The notes under the pieces are model-generated. The model saw only the letters and a program-made list of their open reading frames with translations. It did no database searches and was not told the origin of the DNA. Below are positions 16,800 through 25,396 of a stretch of 64,000 bases of DNA, piece after piece (within the stretch, counting starts at the first letter, position 1; the number at the start of each line of letters is the position of its first letter). This DNA comes from a bacterium. GTDB taxonomy: Bacteria; JACRDZ01; JAQUKH01. The stretch spans positions 1 through 64,000 of the forward strand of contig JAQUKH010000010.1 in NCBI GenBank assembly GCA_028719205.1. The letters run 5' to 3'. A program made the translations under genes and the position numbers.

Positions 16800-17519
16800 G
16801 TGAGTAATATGAAATTAAATAAAATTGTGAAATCAATTATCTTATGTGTGACTTTAATGGGTATTTGTGAATTGAAAGCATTTGCCTTTTCAAGTCATCA
16901 GGAAGAGGTTAATCTGGATAATATGATCACAGAAATAAAAAATTATCAATATCGTGAAACGAAATATCAAGTCGAATTATTAGATATTTTGGACCAGGCA
17001 AAAAAAGAAATGATCCCGGTTACCCCATTGCTTAATAAAATTAAAGAGGGTTTAGCCAAAGATATCGGATTGAGAGATATTATTGATGTTGTAAACAAGA
17101 ATAAGGACAGCTTGAAATTGGCGCAGTCATTATTAGGTGAGTTTGAAAACAGAGGATTAAAAAAAGGTAAAGATGCAAATTGGAAAGAATTCGCGGTATT
17201 GTCGTTATCTGAATATCTTATGCGTGATTTATCCGAGGAAACAGCAAGAAAATTAGCAGATCAGGTTGTCAGTCAAAGGGCGGATGGCCCGCGGTTTTTG
17301 ATATTGTGCGGTATGTTTGTCGATTTAAAAGAAAAAGAATTAAAAGAAGATATTATCTGGAGCATGGTTAACGTGGTATTAGAGCAAAACTTGAGGGATT
17401 CTGACACAAAGGACCTGATTAATAATATTAATAAAAAAATAGATTCAGGCGGAAATATTGAGGCCTTTATAAAGCAGTTGGAAAAAGATAAGCCGGCGCG
17501 TGCTCTGGGTAGAAAATAA
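16800..17519 (+). CDS. Exported helical hypothetical protein
   Basis: Signal-peptide-like N-terminus (..KAFA|FS); predicted all-alpha; last gene before terminator. Confidence 0.7.
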   Translation: MSNMKLNKIVKSIILCVTLMGICELKAFAFSSHQEEVNLDNMITEIKNYQYRETKYQVELLDILDQAKKEMIPVTPLLNKIKEGLAKDIGLRDIIDVVNKNKDSLKLAQSLLGEFENRGLKKGKDANWKEFAVLSLSEYLMRDLSEETARKLADQVVSQRADGPRFLILCGMFVDLKEKELKEDIIWSMVNVVLEQNLRDSDTKDLINNINKKIDSGGNIEAFIKQLEKDKPARALGRK

Positions 17520-17548
17520 TATAAAATTTTGTAATTTGATGTGACTTT

Positions 17549-17589
17549 AAAAACCTTCGTTAGTTTTAAACTGGCGAAGGTTTTTTTTA
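17549..17589 (+). terminator. Intrinsic terminator
   Basis: AAAAACCTTCGTTAG-tttta-AACTGGCGAAGG followed by a T-run. Confidence 0.8.
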
Positions 17590-17610
17590 TATGCTAAAAT
17601 ACTCTTTATC

Positions 17611-18759
17611 ATGAAATCCAGAATTTTATTTTCTTATGTTTCAATAGGTTCCGGCCATCAGCAGGCTACAAAAGCAATTGAAAAGCACTTAAAAACACTG
17701 GACAAGGAAATAGTTACATTATGCGTGAATTCTTTCAGCTTTTCGGGATTTATTGTAACAAATATTGTATCATTCATTTATCTTTATACAATAAAATTAA
17801 CACCTGAATTTTGGGGATATTTATACGATAATATATGGATAAAGAAAAAGATAGATATATTCCATTCAATGATAAATTGGGGTAATTCAATAAGATTTTA
17901 TTTTCTTATTAAAAAATTCAAACCATCGGTTATTGTCTGTACGCAGGCTATCCCGTGCGGGATTGTCGCGAGCTTGAAAAAAAGGGGGAAAATAGATATC
18001 CCACTGGTTGCCGTTATGACGGATTTTGTAGCCCATATCTACTGGATCTATAAAGAGGTAGATATATATTTTGTGGCGACAGAAGATATGAAAGTGAAAC
18101 TTATTGAACATGGGATTAATGAAAGCAGGATAATAATTTCCGGTATTCCGATAGATCATGATTTTAATAATCTTAATAATAAACAGGAAGTATTAAAGAA
18201 AGAAAAATTATCCGATAAAATAAAAATAATACTTTTGATGGGCGGAAGCAGAGGGATAGGAAAGCTGGAGGAAATTGTATCTGAACTCCATAAAATAGAT
18301 GTTCCGTATCAAATAATTGCAGTAGCCGGAAATAACAAAAAATTAAGAAAAAGGCTGGATTTGATAAAAGTTAATAGCGGCAATCATTTAAAAGTTTACG
18401 GATACGTTGAACATTTGAACGAAATTATGGATATAAGCGATTTGATCATCACTAAACCGGGCGGATTAACCAGCTCGGAAGCTTTAGTGAAAGGATTACC
18501 GATGGTCATTGTTAATCCAATTCCGGGGCAGGAGGAATCAAACAGCCGATTTCTTGTTAAAAACGGAGCGGCTGTCAGAGTTGATGATATTAATGAATTA
18601 GGCGGTACAGTTAAAATGTTATTTAATGATCCGGAAAAGCTTCAAAAAATGAAACAAGCCGCGTTGAAGCTCGCGAAACCGATGGCTACAAGAGATATCG
18701 GTAATATAATTTTTGAATTAGGAGGAAAATATGAAAATAGAAGCATACATTCAAAATAA
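17611..18759 (+). CDS. MGDG synthase/UgtP-like GT28 glycosyltransferase
   Basis: SIGSGHQQA, VMTDFVAH..W, LLMGGSRG, ITKPGGLTSSEAL, PIPGQEESN. Confidence 0.9.
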   Translation: MKSRILFSYVSIGSGHQQATKAIEKHLKTLDKEIVTLCVNSFSFSGFIVTNIVSFIYLYTIKLTPEFWGYLYDNIWIKKKIDIFHSMINWGNSIRFYFLIKKFKPSVIVCTQAIPCGIVASLKKRGKIDIPLVAVMTDFVAHIYWIYKEVDIYFVATEDMKVKLIEHGINESRIIISGIPIDHDFNNLNNKQEVLKKEKLSDKIKIILLMGGSRGIGKLEEIVSELHKIDVPYQIIAVAGNNKKLRKRLDLIKVNSGNHLKVYGYVEHLNEIMDISDLIITKPGGLTSSEALVKGLPMVIVNPIPGQEESNSRFLVKNGAAVRVDDINELGGTVKMLFNDPEKLQKMKQAALKLAKPMATRDIGNIIFELGGKYENRSIHSK

Positions 18760-19987
18760 AGCTGAATTGTGCCGTGAGGCAGGCATGAAATTGGCTTCTA
18801 TGCAGAGCCGTGTTAAAAACCAAGCGCTGGAGTTAATGAGTAAAAAACTTAAAGAAAAATCCGGCCTTATTTTAGCTGAAAATAAAAAAGATGTGGCTGC
18901 CGCGAAAAAAAGCGGATTGTCGAATGCGATGATCGACAGGCTGATTTTAAATGAAAAACGCATTGATGAAATGTGCAAGGGGCTTAAAGAGGTAATAAGT
19001 TTGACTGACCCTGTGGGCGAGGTGATAAAAATGTGGAAACGGCCTAACGGTTTAACCATCGGCAGGATGAGAGTGCCGATAGGAGCTATCGGCATCATTT
19101 ATGAATCCCGTCCGAATGTTACAGTGGAAGCGGCATCACTTTGCATTAAATCGGGAAACAGCGTACTTCTCCGGGGAGGTTCGGAAGCCATCCGTTCAAA
19201 TATCGCGCTCGCCAATATTTTGATCGAGGCGGTTAAGGAATCCGGCCTGCCTGAGACATGTATACAGATAATTGATATAACGGACAGGGAAGCCGTGATG
19301 AAAATGCTAAAGCAGGATAAGTATCTGGATGTGATAATCCCGCGCGGAGGGGAAGAACTTATAAAAACCGTTGTCGAAAATTCAACTATCCCTGTGATCA
19401 AACACGATAAAGGCGTCTGTCATGTTTTCGTCGATGAGTCAGCGGATTTTGATATGGCTGATAAGATAATATTTAACGCGAAGGTCCAAAGGCCGGGAGT
19501 TTGCAACGCGTTGGAAACTTTGCTTGTCCATGAAAAGATAGCAAAGAGATTTTTACCGGTAACTGCTAAATCTCTGTCTGGAGCCAAAGTTGTTCTAAAA
19601 GGTTGTTCAGAAACAAGAAAAATATTGAAAGGAATTGAAGAGGCGAAAGAGATTGATTGGACAACCGAATACCTTGACCTGATCTTGTCCATCCGAGTGG
19701 TTAAAGATTTGGATGAGGCGATCGATCATATAAATTTTTACGGCTCGCACCACTCAGACGCGATCGTTACATCTTCTTACGAAAATAGCCAGCGGTTCCT
19801 TCGGGAAGTGGATTCAGCCGCGGTCTATATTAACGCTTCAACGCGCTTTACCGACGGCGGCCAGTTCGGTTTAGGCGCCGAAATAGGTATCAGCACCAAT
19901 AAGCTTCACGCCCGTGGGCCGATGGGATTAGAAGAACTTACGACAAATAAGTTTATTATATATGGTAATGGGCAGGTAAGAGAATGA
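18731..19987 (+). CDS. proA: Gamma-glutamyl phosphate reductase
   Basis: IYESRPNVT, LRGGSEA, PGVCNALETLL, NASTRFTDGGQFGLGAEIGIST, HARGPMGL. Confidence 0.98.
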   Translation: MKIEAYIQNKAELCREAGMKLASMQSRVKNQALELMSKKLKEKSGLILAENKKDVAAAKKSGLSNAMIDRLILNEKRIDEMCKGLKEVISLTDPVGEVIKMWKRPNGLTIGRMRVPIGAIGIIYESRPNVTVEAASLCIKSGNSVLLRGGSEAIRSNIALANILIEAVKESGLPETCIQIIDITDREAVMKMLKQDKYLDVIIPRGGEELIKTVVENSTIPVIKHDKGVCHVFVDESADFDMADKIIFNAKVQRPGVCNALETLLVHEKIAKRFLPVTAKSLSGAKVVLKGCSETRKILKGIEEAKEIDWTTEYLDLILSIRVVKDLDEAIDHINFYGSHHSDAIVTSSYENSQRFLREVDSAAVYINASTRFTDGGQFGLGAEIGISTNKLHARGPMGLEELTTNKFIIYGNGQVRE

Positions 19988-20658
19988 TAATCCAAAAGTC
20001 AAAAGTTAAAAGTCAAAAGTTGAAACCAAACGCCGGCAATATCCGTCGGATTGGTATTTTCGGTGGGACATTTAATCCTATACATAACGGGCACCTTTTG
20101 ATCGCGGAAGAGGCCAGGGTAAGCCTGAAATTAGATAAAGTCATTTTTATCCCGTCCGCTAATCCGCCGCATAAGGAAGTATCGGATTTAGTTTCAGGCC
20201 GTCACAGGTTAAAAATGGCCGGAGCGGCAATTAAAAATAACCCTTTTTTTTCGGTATCGGATATTGAATTAAAACGGGGAGGCAGGTCATATTCAATTGA
20301 AACGATCAAAACTCTTAAAGAAATTTATAGAAAAGGAACGAAGTTCTTTTTTATCATGGGTGCGGATTCCATTCTGGAATTCATGACATGGAAAAATTGG
20401 GAGGATCTGCTGAAACTGTGTAATTTTGCGGTATATCCTCGCCCGGGATATAAAATTAACCTGGATGTGTTAAAAAGTAGAATGAAGAAGAAGCTTTTAG
20501 CTAAATCTCTGGTGAAAAATATTATTTTTTTCCAAACGAGGGTATTTGATGTCTCTTCGACTGAAGTAAGGGAAAAAATAAAAAAAGGAGAATCAGTAAA
20601 ATATTTAGTTCCGGAAGGTGTAATAGGATATATTAATAAAAGCAAACTTTATAAATGA
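19984..20658 (+). CDS. nadD: Nicotinate-nucleotide adenylyltransferase
   Basis: GIFGGTFNPIHNGH, PPHK, IMGADS, VSSTEVRE. Confidence 0.96.
   Translation: MIIQKSKVKSQKLKPNAGNIRRIGIFGGTFNPIHNGHLLIAEEARVSLKLDKVIFIPSANPPHKEVSDLVSGRHRLKMAGAAIKNNPFFSVSDIELKRGGRSYSIETIKTLKEIYRKGTKFFFIMGADSILEFMTWKNWEDLLKLCNFAVYPRPGYKINLDVLKSRMKKKLLAKSLVKNIIFFQTRVFDVSSTEVREKIKKGESVKYLVPEGVIGYINKSKLYK
19993..20020 (+). repeat. Heptamer tandem repeat (YAAAAGT)x4 at the nadD 5' end
   Basis: CAAAAGT CAAAAGT TAAAAGT CAAAAGT. Confidence 0.85.
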
Positions 20659-20680
20659 AAGGTCAGGGAATTTCGGCCTT

Positions 20681-20711
20681 TCATCCTGAGAAACGAAGTG
20701 ACGAAGGATCT
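20681..20711 (+). repeat. REP-like element
   Basis: TCATCCTGAGAAACGAAGTGACGAAGGATCT resembles, from recollection, the widespread GTCATCCTGAG..CGAAGGATCT intergenic repeat type; one copy in this window. Confidence 0.45.
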
Positions 20712-20745
20712 ATAATATAAAACAAAAATAATTGAAAGGAATCTT

Positions 20746-22077
20746 ATGGAAAGCATTTTTAAAGCGTATGATATAAGAGGAATTTATCCGTCCGAACTTA
20801 ACGAAGAAAACGCGTACAAAATAGGGCAGGCATTTGTTCAATTTTTAGGAAAGAGGGAAATCGTTGTCGGCTATGATATGAGATTATCCGCCCATGTTTT
20901 ATTTGACGCATTGTCAAAAGGTATAGTTGACGCGGGTGGGACTGTAATAGACATCGGAATGGTTCTTACGCCTATGGTAAGTTTTGCTGTCGGGCGGTAT
21001 GGTTTTGGCGGGGGGATCATGATTACCGCTTCTCATAATCCTAAACAGTATAACGGTTTTAAACTTTGCAGGGAAAAAGCGATCCCCATAAATTATGATA
21101 CCGGAATCCAGGAACTGGAAAAAATGGCTGGGATACCCGGAAAAGCGGCAAAAGGAGTTGTTAAAGGAAAAATAATCAAAAAAAATATAATGGATGATTA
21201 TATTGATTTTCTAACAGGTTTTGCGAAAGACATTAAACCGTTTAAAATAGCCATTGATGCCGGAAACGGGATGGGGGGCGTTACGATGCCTCTTATTTTT
21301 AAAAAAATTCCCGGCAAAATATTTCCTTTATTTTTTGAACCGGATGGTTCTTTTCCGAATCATGAGCCTAATCCTCTTAAGCCTGAGAATAAAATAGACC
21401 TGCAAAATGAAATTATTAAAAGAGGCGCGGATCTTGGGGTCGCGTACGACGGTGATGCGGATCGCGCGGCATTTGTTGATAATAAAGGTGAATTGATCGG
21501 AAACGACCTGATAACGGCGCTTTTAGCGGGAGAGGTATTAAAGAAAAATCCGGGTGCGGGGATAATTTATGATATTCGTTCAAGTTGGGCGGTAAAAGAA
21601 GAGATCGAAAAATACGGCGGCCGTCCGATCGTATCCCGGGTCGGGCATGCGTTTATGAAACAAAAATTAAGAGACGAAAACGGGGTTTTTGGCGGGGAAT
21701 TAAGCGGGCATTATTATTTTAAAGATGCCTATTTTACGGACAACGCGGAACTGGCTATGATCTTTCTTTTGAATTTGATGAGCGCGAATCCCGGTAAAAC
21801 ATTGAATGATCTTTTAAAGCCGGTTCGCCGTTATTTTCAGAGCGGAGAGATAAATTCAGAGGTAAAAGATAAAGACGCAAAGATCGCTGAATTAAAAAAG
21901 ATTTATTCCAAAGGAAAAATTTCAGAGATTGACGGTGTCAGTGTTGAATATCCTGCATGGTGGTTTAATGTGCGGAAATCCAATACCGAACCGATCTTGC
22001 GGTTGAATGTTGAGGCAAAGACCGAAGCTGAAATGATAAAATACCGCGATGAACTGCTTTTATTAATCAGAAAATAG
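20746..22077 (+). CDS. Phosphomannomutase/phosphoglucomutase
   Basis: IFKAYDIRG, ITASHNP, DGDADR, GELSGHYYF, RKSNTEP. Confidence 0.95.
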   Translation: MESIFKAYDIRGIYPSELNEENAYKIGQAFVQFLGKREIVVGYDMRLSAHVLFDALSKGIVDAGGTVIDIGMVLTPMVSFAVGRYGFGGGIMITASHNPKQYNGFKLCREKAIPINYDTGIQELEKMAGIPGKAAKGVVKGKIIKKNIMDDYIDFLTGFAKDIKPFKIAIDAGNGMGGVTMPLIFKKIPGKIFPLFFEPDGSFPNHEPNPLKPENKIDLQNEIIKRGADLGVAYDGDADRAAFVDNKGELIGNDLITALLAGEVLKKNPGAGIIYDIRSSWAVKEEIEKYGGRPIVSRVGHAFMKQKLRDENGVFGGELSGHYYFKDAYFTDNAELAMIFLLNLMSANPGKTLNDLLKPVRRYFQSGEINSEVKDKDAKIAELKKIYSKGKISEIDGVSVEYPAWWFNVRKSNTEPILRLNVEAKTEAEMIKYRDELLLLIRK

Positions 22078-22089
22078 AAAAACAAAAAA

Positions 22090-22839
22090 ATGCTTGTTAT
22101 CAAAAACCTGGAAAAAGACTTTGGCGGAATCAAAGCTATTCATAACTGCAGCCTTGAGGTTAAAAAAGGGACTATTACCGGTTTGATCGGCCCCAATGGC
22201 GCGGGGAAAACCACGCTGTTTAACCTCATTTCGGGTATTTACGCCCCAGATAAGGGTGAGATATGGTTTAATGGAGAAAGAATAGACGGATTAAAACCTC
22301 ACCGGATCTTCAGAAAACGTTTAATGAGAACCTTCCAGATATCCCGCGAACTTCAAAAAATGACAGTTTTGGAAAATCTTATGCTTATTCCTTATAACCA
22401 GGATGGAGAAGGATTATCTGGTGTATGGTTTTTACCCGGGAAAGTAAAAAAACAGGAAAAAAATAATAAGAAAAGGGCCATGGAGGTTTTAGAATTTATA
22501 GAATTGATTCATTTAAAGGATGAATACGCGGAGAATCTTTCAACAGGACAGAAAAAACTTCTGGAAATTGCCCGGACGATGATGGCGGATCCCGAGATGA
22601 TCCTTTTGGATGAACCCGGGGCGGGTGTAAATCGTACATTAATGAATAAATTAGTAGAGGATATAAAAAAAATAAACGCGAATGGAACAACCTTTTTATT
22701 GATAGAGCATGATATGGATCTGGTTATGAATCTATGTGACCCTATTATCGTAATGAATGAAGGCTCGAAATTAACCGAAGGTACGGCAAAAATGATCAAA
22801 AGTGACCCGCGCGTGTTAGACGCGTATCTGGGAGTGTAA
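22090..22839 (+). CDS. livG: Branched-chain/neutral amino acid ABC transporter ATPase (LivG-like)
   Basis: [37 protein letters not shown]. Confidence 0.9.
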   Translation: MLVIKNLEKDFGGIKAIHNCSLEVKKGTITGLIGPNGAGKTTLFNLISGIYAPDKGEIWFNGERIDGLKPHRIFRKRLMRTFQISRELQKMTVLENLMLIPYNQDGEGLSGVWFLPGKVKKQEKNNKKRAMEVLEFIELIHLKDEYAENLSTGQKKLLEIARTMMADPEMILLDEPGAGVNRTLMNKLVEDIKKINANGTTFLLIEHDMDLVMNLCDPIIVMNEGSKLTEGTAKMIKSDPRVLDAYLGV

Positions 22840-22843
22840 ATTT

Positions 22844-23554
22844 ATGGAGTCTATTTTAAAAATTGAGAATATTGCCGCGGGATATGGACGCGTTGAGATA
22901 GTAAAAGGAATTTCCTTACACGTGTCAAAAGACGAGATCGTTTCGATCATCGGGCCTAACGGTACGGGAAAATCAACATTTTTAAAGGCTATTTTCGGGC
23001 TGGTTAAGGTATTTACCGGAAATATATTTTTTGATAATGAAGATATTACAGGCCTGAAGCCGCATCAGATCGTGAAAAGAAGTATGTGTTATGTTCCGCA
23101 GGATAATAACATATTTCCCTCATTAACCATAAAAGAAAATCTTGATATGGGTGCTTTTGTGAGGCACGATGATTACAGCAAAAATATCGAAGAAGTTTAT
23201 GGGATTTTCCCTCTGCTTAGCGGTTTTAAAAATAAAAAGGCCGGAGAATTGTCAGGGGGACAGCAAAAAATGCTCGCCATAGGTATGTCCCTGATGCTTA
23301 AGCCAAAGCTTCTGCTCCTTGATGAACCCTCAGCCGGATTAGCGCCGAATATGGTTGATGAGATGATGAAAAAGATCGAATTGATCAACCGGGAAGAAAA
23401 GGCCGCGATTTTGATGGTGGAACAGAACGCGAAACGCGCGTTAAAAATCTCGAACCGGGGGTATGTTCTTTCAATGGGGAAAAATATGTATGAGGGTACT
23501 GGCGAAGAGCTGTTAAATAACAAAGATATTGGTAAATTATATTTGGGAGAATAA
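22844..23554 (+). CDS. livF: ABC transporter ATPase (LivF-like)
   Basis: GPNGTGKST, LSGGQQ, LLDEPSAGLAP, VEQNA. Confidence 0.9.
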   Translation: MESILKIENIAAGYGRVEIVKGISLHVSKDEIVSIIGPNGTGKSTFLKAIFGLVKVFTGNIFFDNEDITGLKPHQIVKRSMCYVPQDNNIFPSLTIKENLDMGAFVRHDDYSKNIEEVYGIFPLLSGFKNKKAGELSGGQQKMLAIGMSLMLKPKLLLLDEPSAGLAPNMVDEMMKKIELINREEKAAILMVEQNAKRALKISNRGYVLSMGKNMYEGTGEELLNNKDIGKLYLGE

Positions 23555-23556
23555 TT

Positions 23557-24417
23557 ATGCCTCAATTAATCATTAACGGGATCATCATGGGGAGTATTAT
23601 AGTTCTTGGGTCGATCGGATTGACACTGACCTATGGGATCCTGAACTTTGCCAATTTCGCGCACGGCGATATTATGGCTGCGGGCGCGTATTTATGCCTT
23701 TTTTTTCTGGGATTAAATGTTCCGTTTGTTGTTGCGGTCATTCTTTCAATGTGTATTACAGCGGGATTGGGAATATTAATTGATTGGTGTATTTATAGAA
23801 AACTAAGGGAGAAAACTTCAGTGGTCCTGTTAATTGCCTCGATCGGCGCGGCGCTTTTTTTAAGGAATGTTGTCCAACTGATCTTTGGCCCGCAGTTAGT
23901 CTATTATAGTTCAGAAATACAAATGGCAAAAAAACTGCCTTTTGGTATTAGAATAAAACCCGATGAAATATTTATTATTGCCGCGTCATTCCTATTGATA
24001 ATCGCGGTTCATTTATTTCTTAAAAGATCCAGGATCGGAAAAGCGATGCGCGCGTTGTCAGATAATATGCAATTAGCGGGGGTGATCGGAATTGAGACAG
24101 AAAAGATAATTTTTTGGACCTGGGGATTGGGATGCGCCCTGGCAGCGGCCGGCGGTATTTTTCTGGGACTCGAGGTTCAGTTAAGGCCGATGATGGGCTG
24201 GGATGTGCTTCTGCCGATTTTCGCGGCAGTAATTCTGGGAGGGATCGGAAGCCCTTATGGCGCGATGGCCGGAGGGATGATCATCGGTATATCTCAGGAG
24301 GTATCGACGGCATTTATTAATCCCGCGTATAAAAGTGTTGTTTCTTTCATGATATTGATACTGGTGCTTTTGATAAAGCCATCAGGTATCTTCGGGAAAA
24401 AAGAAAGGCTGGCATGA
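23557..24417 (+). CDS. livH: ABC transporter permease (LivH-like)
   Basis: GLTLTYGILNFANFAHGD, IGKAMRA, VILGGIGS. Confidence 0.9.
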   Translation: MPQLIINGIIMGSIIVLGSIGLTLTYGILNFANFAHGDIMAAGAYLCLFFLGLNVPFVVAVILSMCITAGLGILIDWCIYRKLREKTSVVLLIASIGAALFLRNVVQLIFGPQLVYYSSEIQMAKKLPFGIRIKPDEIFIIAASFLLIIAVHLFLKRSRIGKAMRALSDNMQLAGVIGIETEKIIFWTWGLGCALAAAGGIFLGLEVQLRPMMGWDVLLPIFAAVILGGIGSPYGAMAGGMIIGISQEVSTAFINPAYKSVVSFMILILVLLIKPSGIFGKKERLA

Positions 24418-25367
24418 GCGGAATTTTAAGTTATCTTATTACACTTGGAATCATGGCGGGTATTTTTGCCATTTTGACGTTAGGCCTTAATTTGCAATGG
24501 GGTTTCACGGGACTTTTCAATGTCGGTATCGCGGGTTTTTTTGCGATCGGAGCTTATGCAACGGCATTTTTGACTAAAGGGCCGTCACCTGAGCATTTGG
24601 GCGGCCTGGGAATGCCGATATTTTTTGGACTTTTAATTTCAGCCGTTGTTTCCGGACTTATCGCGTTTTTGATCGGTCTGCCCACGTTAAAATTAAAAGA
24701 AGATTATCTCGCGATAGCTACGCTTGGCATCGCGGAATCGATCCGGCTGATCTTTACCAATGAGGCATGGCTTGGCAACGGAAATAGAGGGATCAAGGAT
24801 ATCCCAAAACCATGGGCAGAATTATCCGCGGCACCATATTATAATCTTTTGTTTTTATTAATTATTTTTATCATTATTGTTTTTATTTATTTTTTTATTG
24901 AAAAAAGTATTCATTCGCCGTGGGGCAGGGTTCTTAAGGCAATCCGTGAAGATGAATTGGTAACCGCGTCTGTCGGGAAAAATGTATTCCGTTATAAATT
25001 GGAGTCACTGGTGATCGGATCAATGTTCATGGGATTGGCGGGGGGATTATACAGCCATTACATCTCTTTTATAAGCCCGGATGTTTTCCATCCGATGCAG
25101 TTTACATTTCTTGTCTGGGTCATGCTTATCCTTGGCGGTAGCGGGAATAATCTGGGCGCTATAGCAGGGGCCTTTTTAGTATGGGCGATCTGGTCCGGGT
25201 CTGAATTCCTGACGGATCTTCTGGCGCGAATTTCCACTGATCCGAAGGTTTCCGGAATGATAACAAACATCCAGAGCCCTCTCCGGATAATTCTTATCAG
25301 TGTTATTCTGGAACTCGTGCTGCTTTATCGTCCTGATGGGATATTTGGAGAAAAGAAGATATTGTAG
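24414..25367 (+). CDS. livM: ABC transporter permease (LivM-like)
   Basis: GLNLQWGFTGLFN.G, LKEDYLAIATL, WGRVLKAIREDE, ILGGSGN. Confidence 0.9.
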   Translation: MSGILSYLITLGIMAGIFAILTLGLNLQWGFTGLFNVGIAGFFAIGAYATAFLTKGPSPEHLGGLGMPIFFGLLISAVVSGLIAFLIGLPTLKLKEDYLAIATLGIAESIRLIFTNEAWLGNGNRGIKDIPKPWAELSAAPYYNLLFLLIIFIIIVFIYFFIEKSIHSPWGRVLKAIREDELVTASVGKNVFRYKLESLVIGSMFMGLAGGLYSHYISFISPDVFHPMQFTFLVWVMLILGGSGNNLGAIAGAFLVWAIWSGSEFLTDLLARISTDPKVSGMITNIQSPLRIILISVILELVLLYRPDGIFGEKKIL

Positions 25368-25391
25368 GGGTTCAAAATTTTGAACCCTTAC
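25364..25391. repeat. GTAG-type REP-like palindrome between convergent genes (possible bidirectional terminator)
   Basis: GTAGGGGTTCAAAA-TTTTGAACCCTTAC. Confidence 0.7.
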
Positions 25392-25396
25392 CGTTT

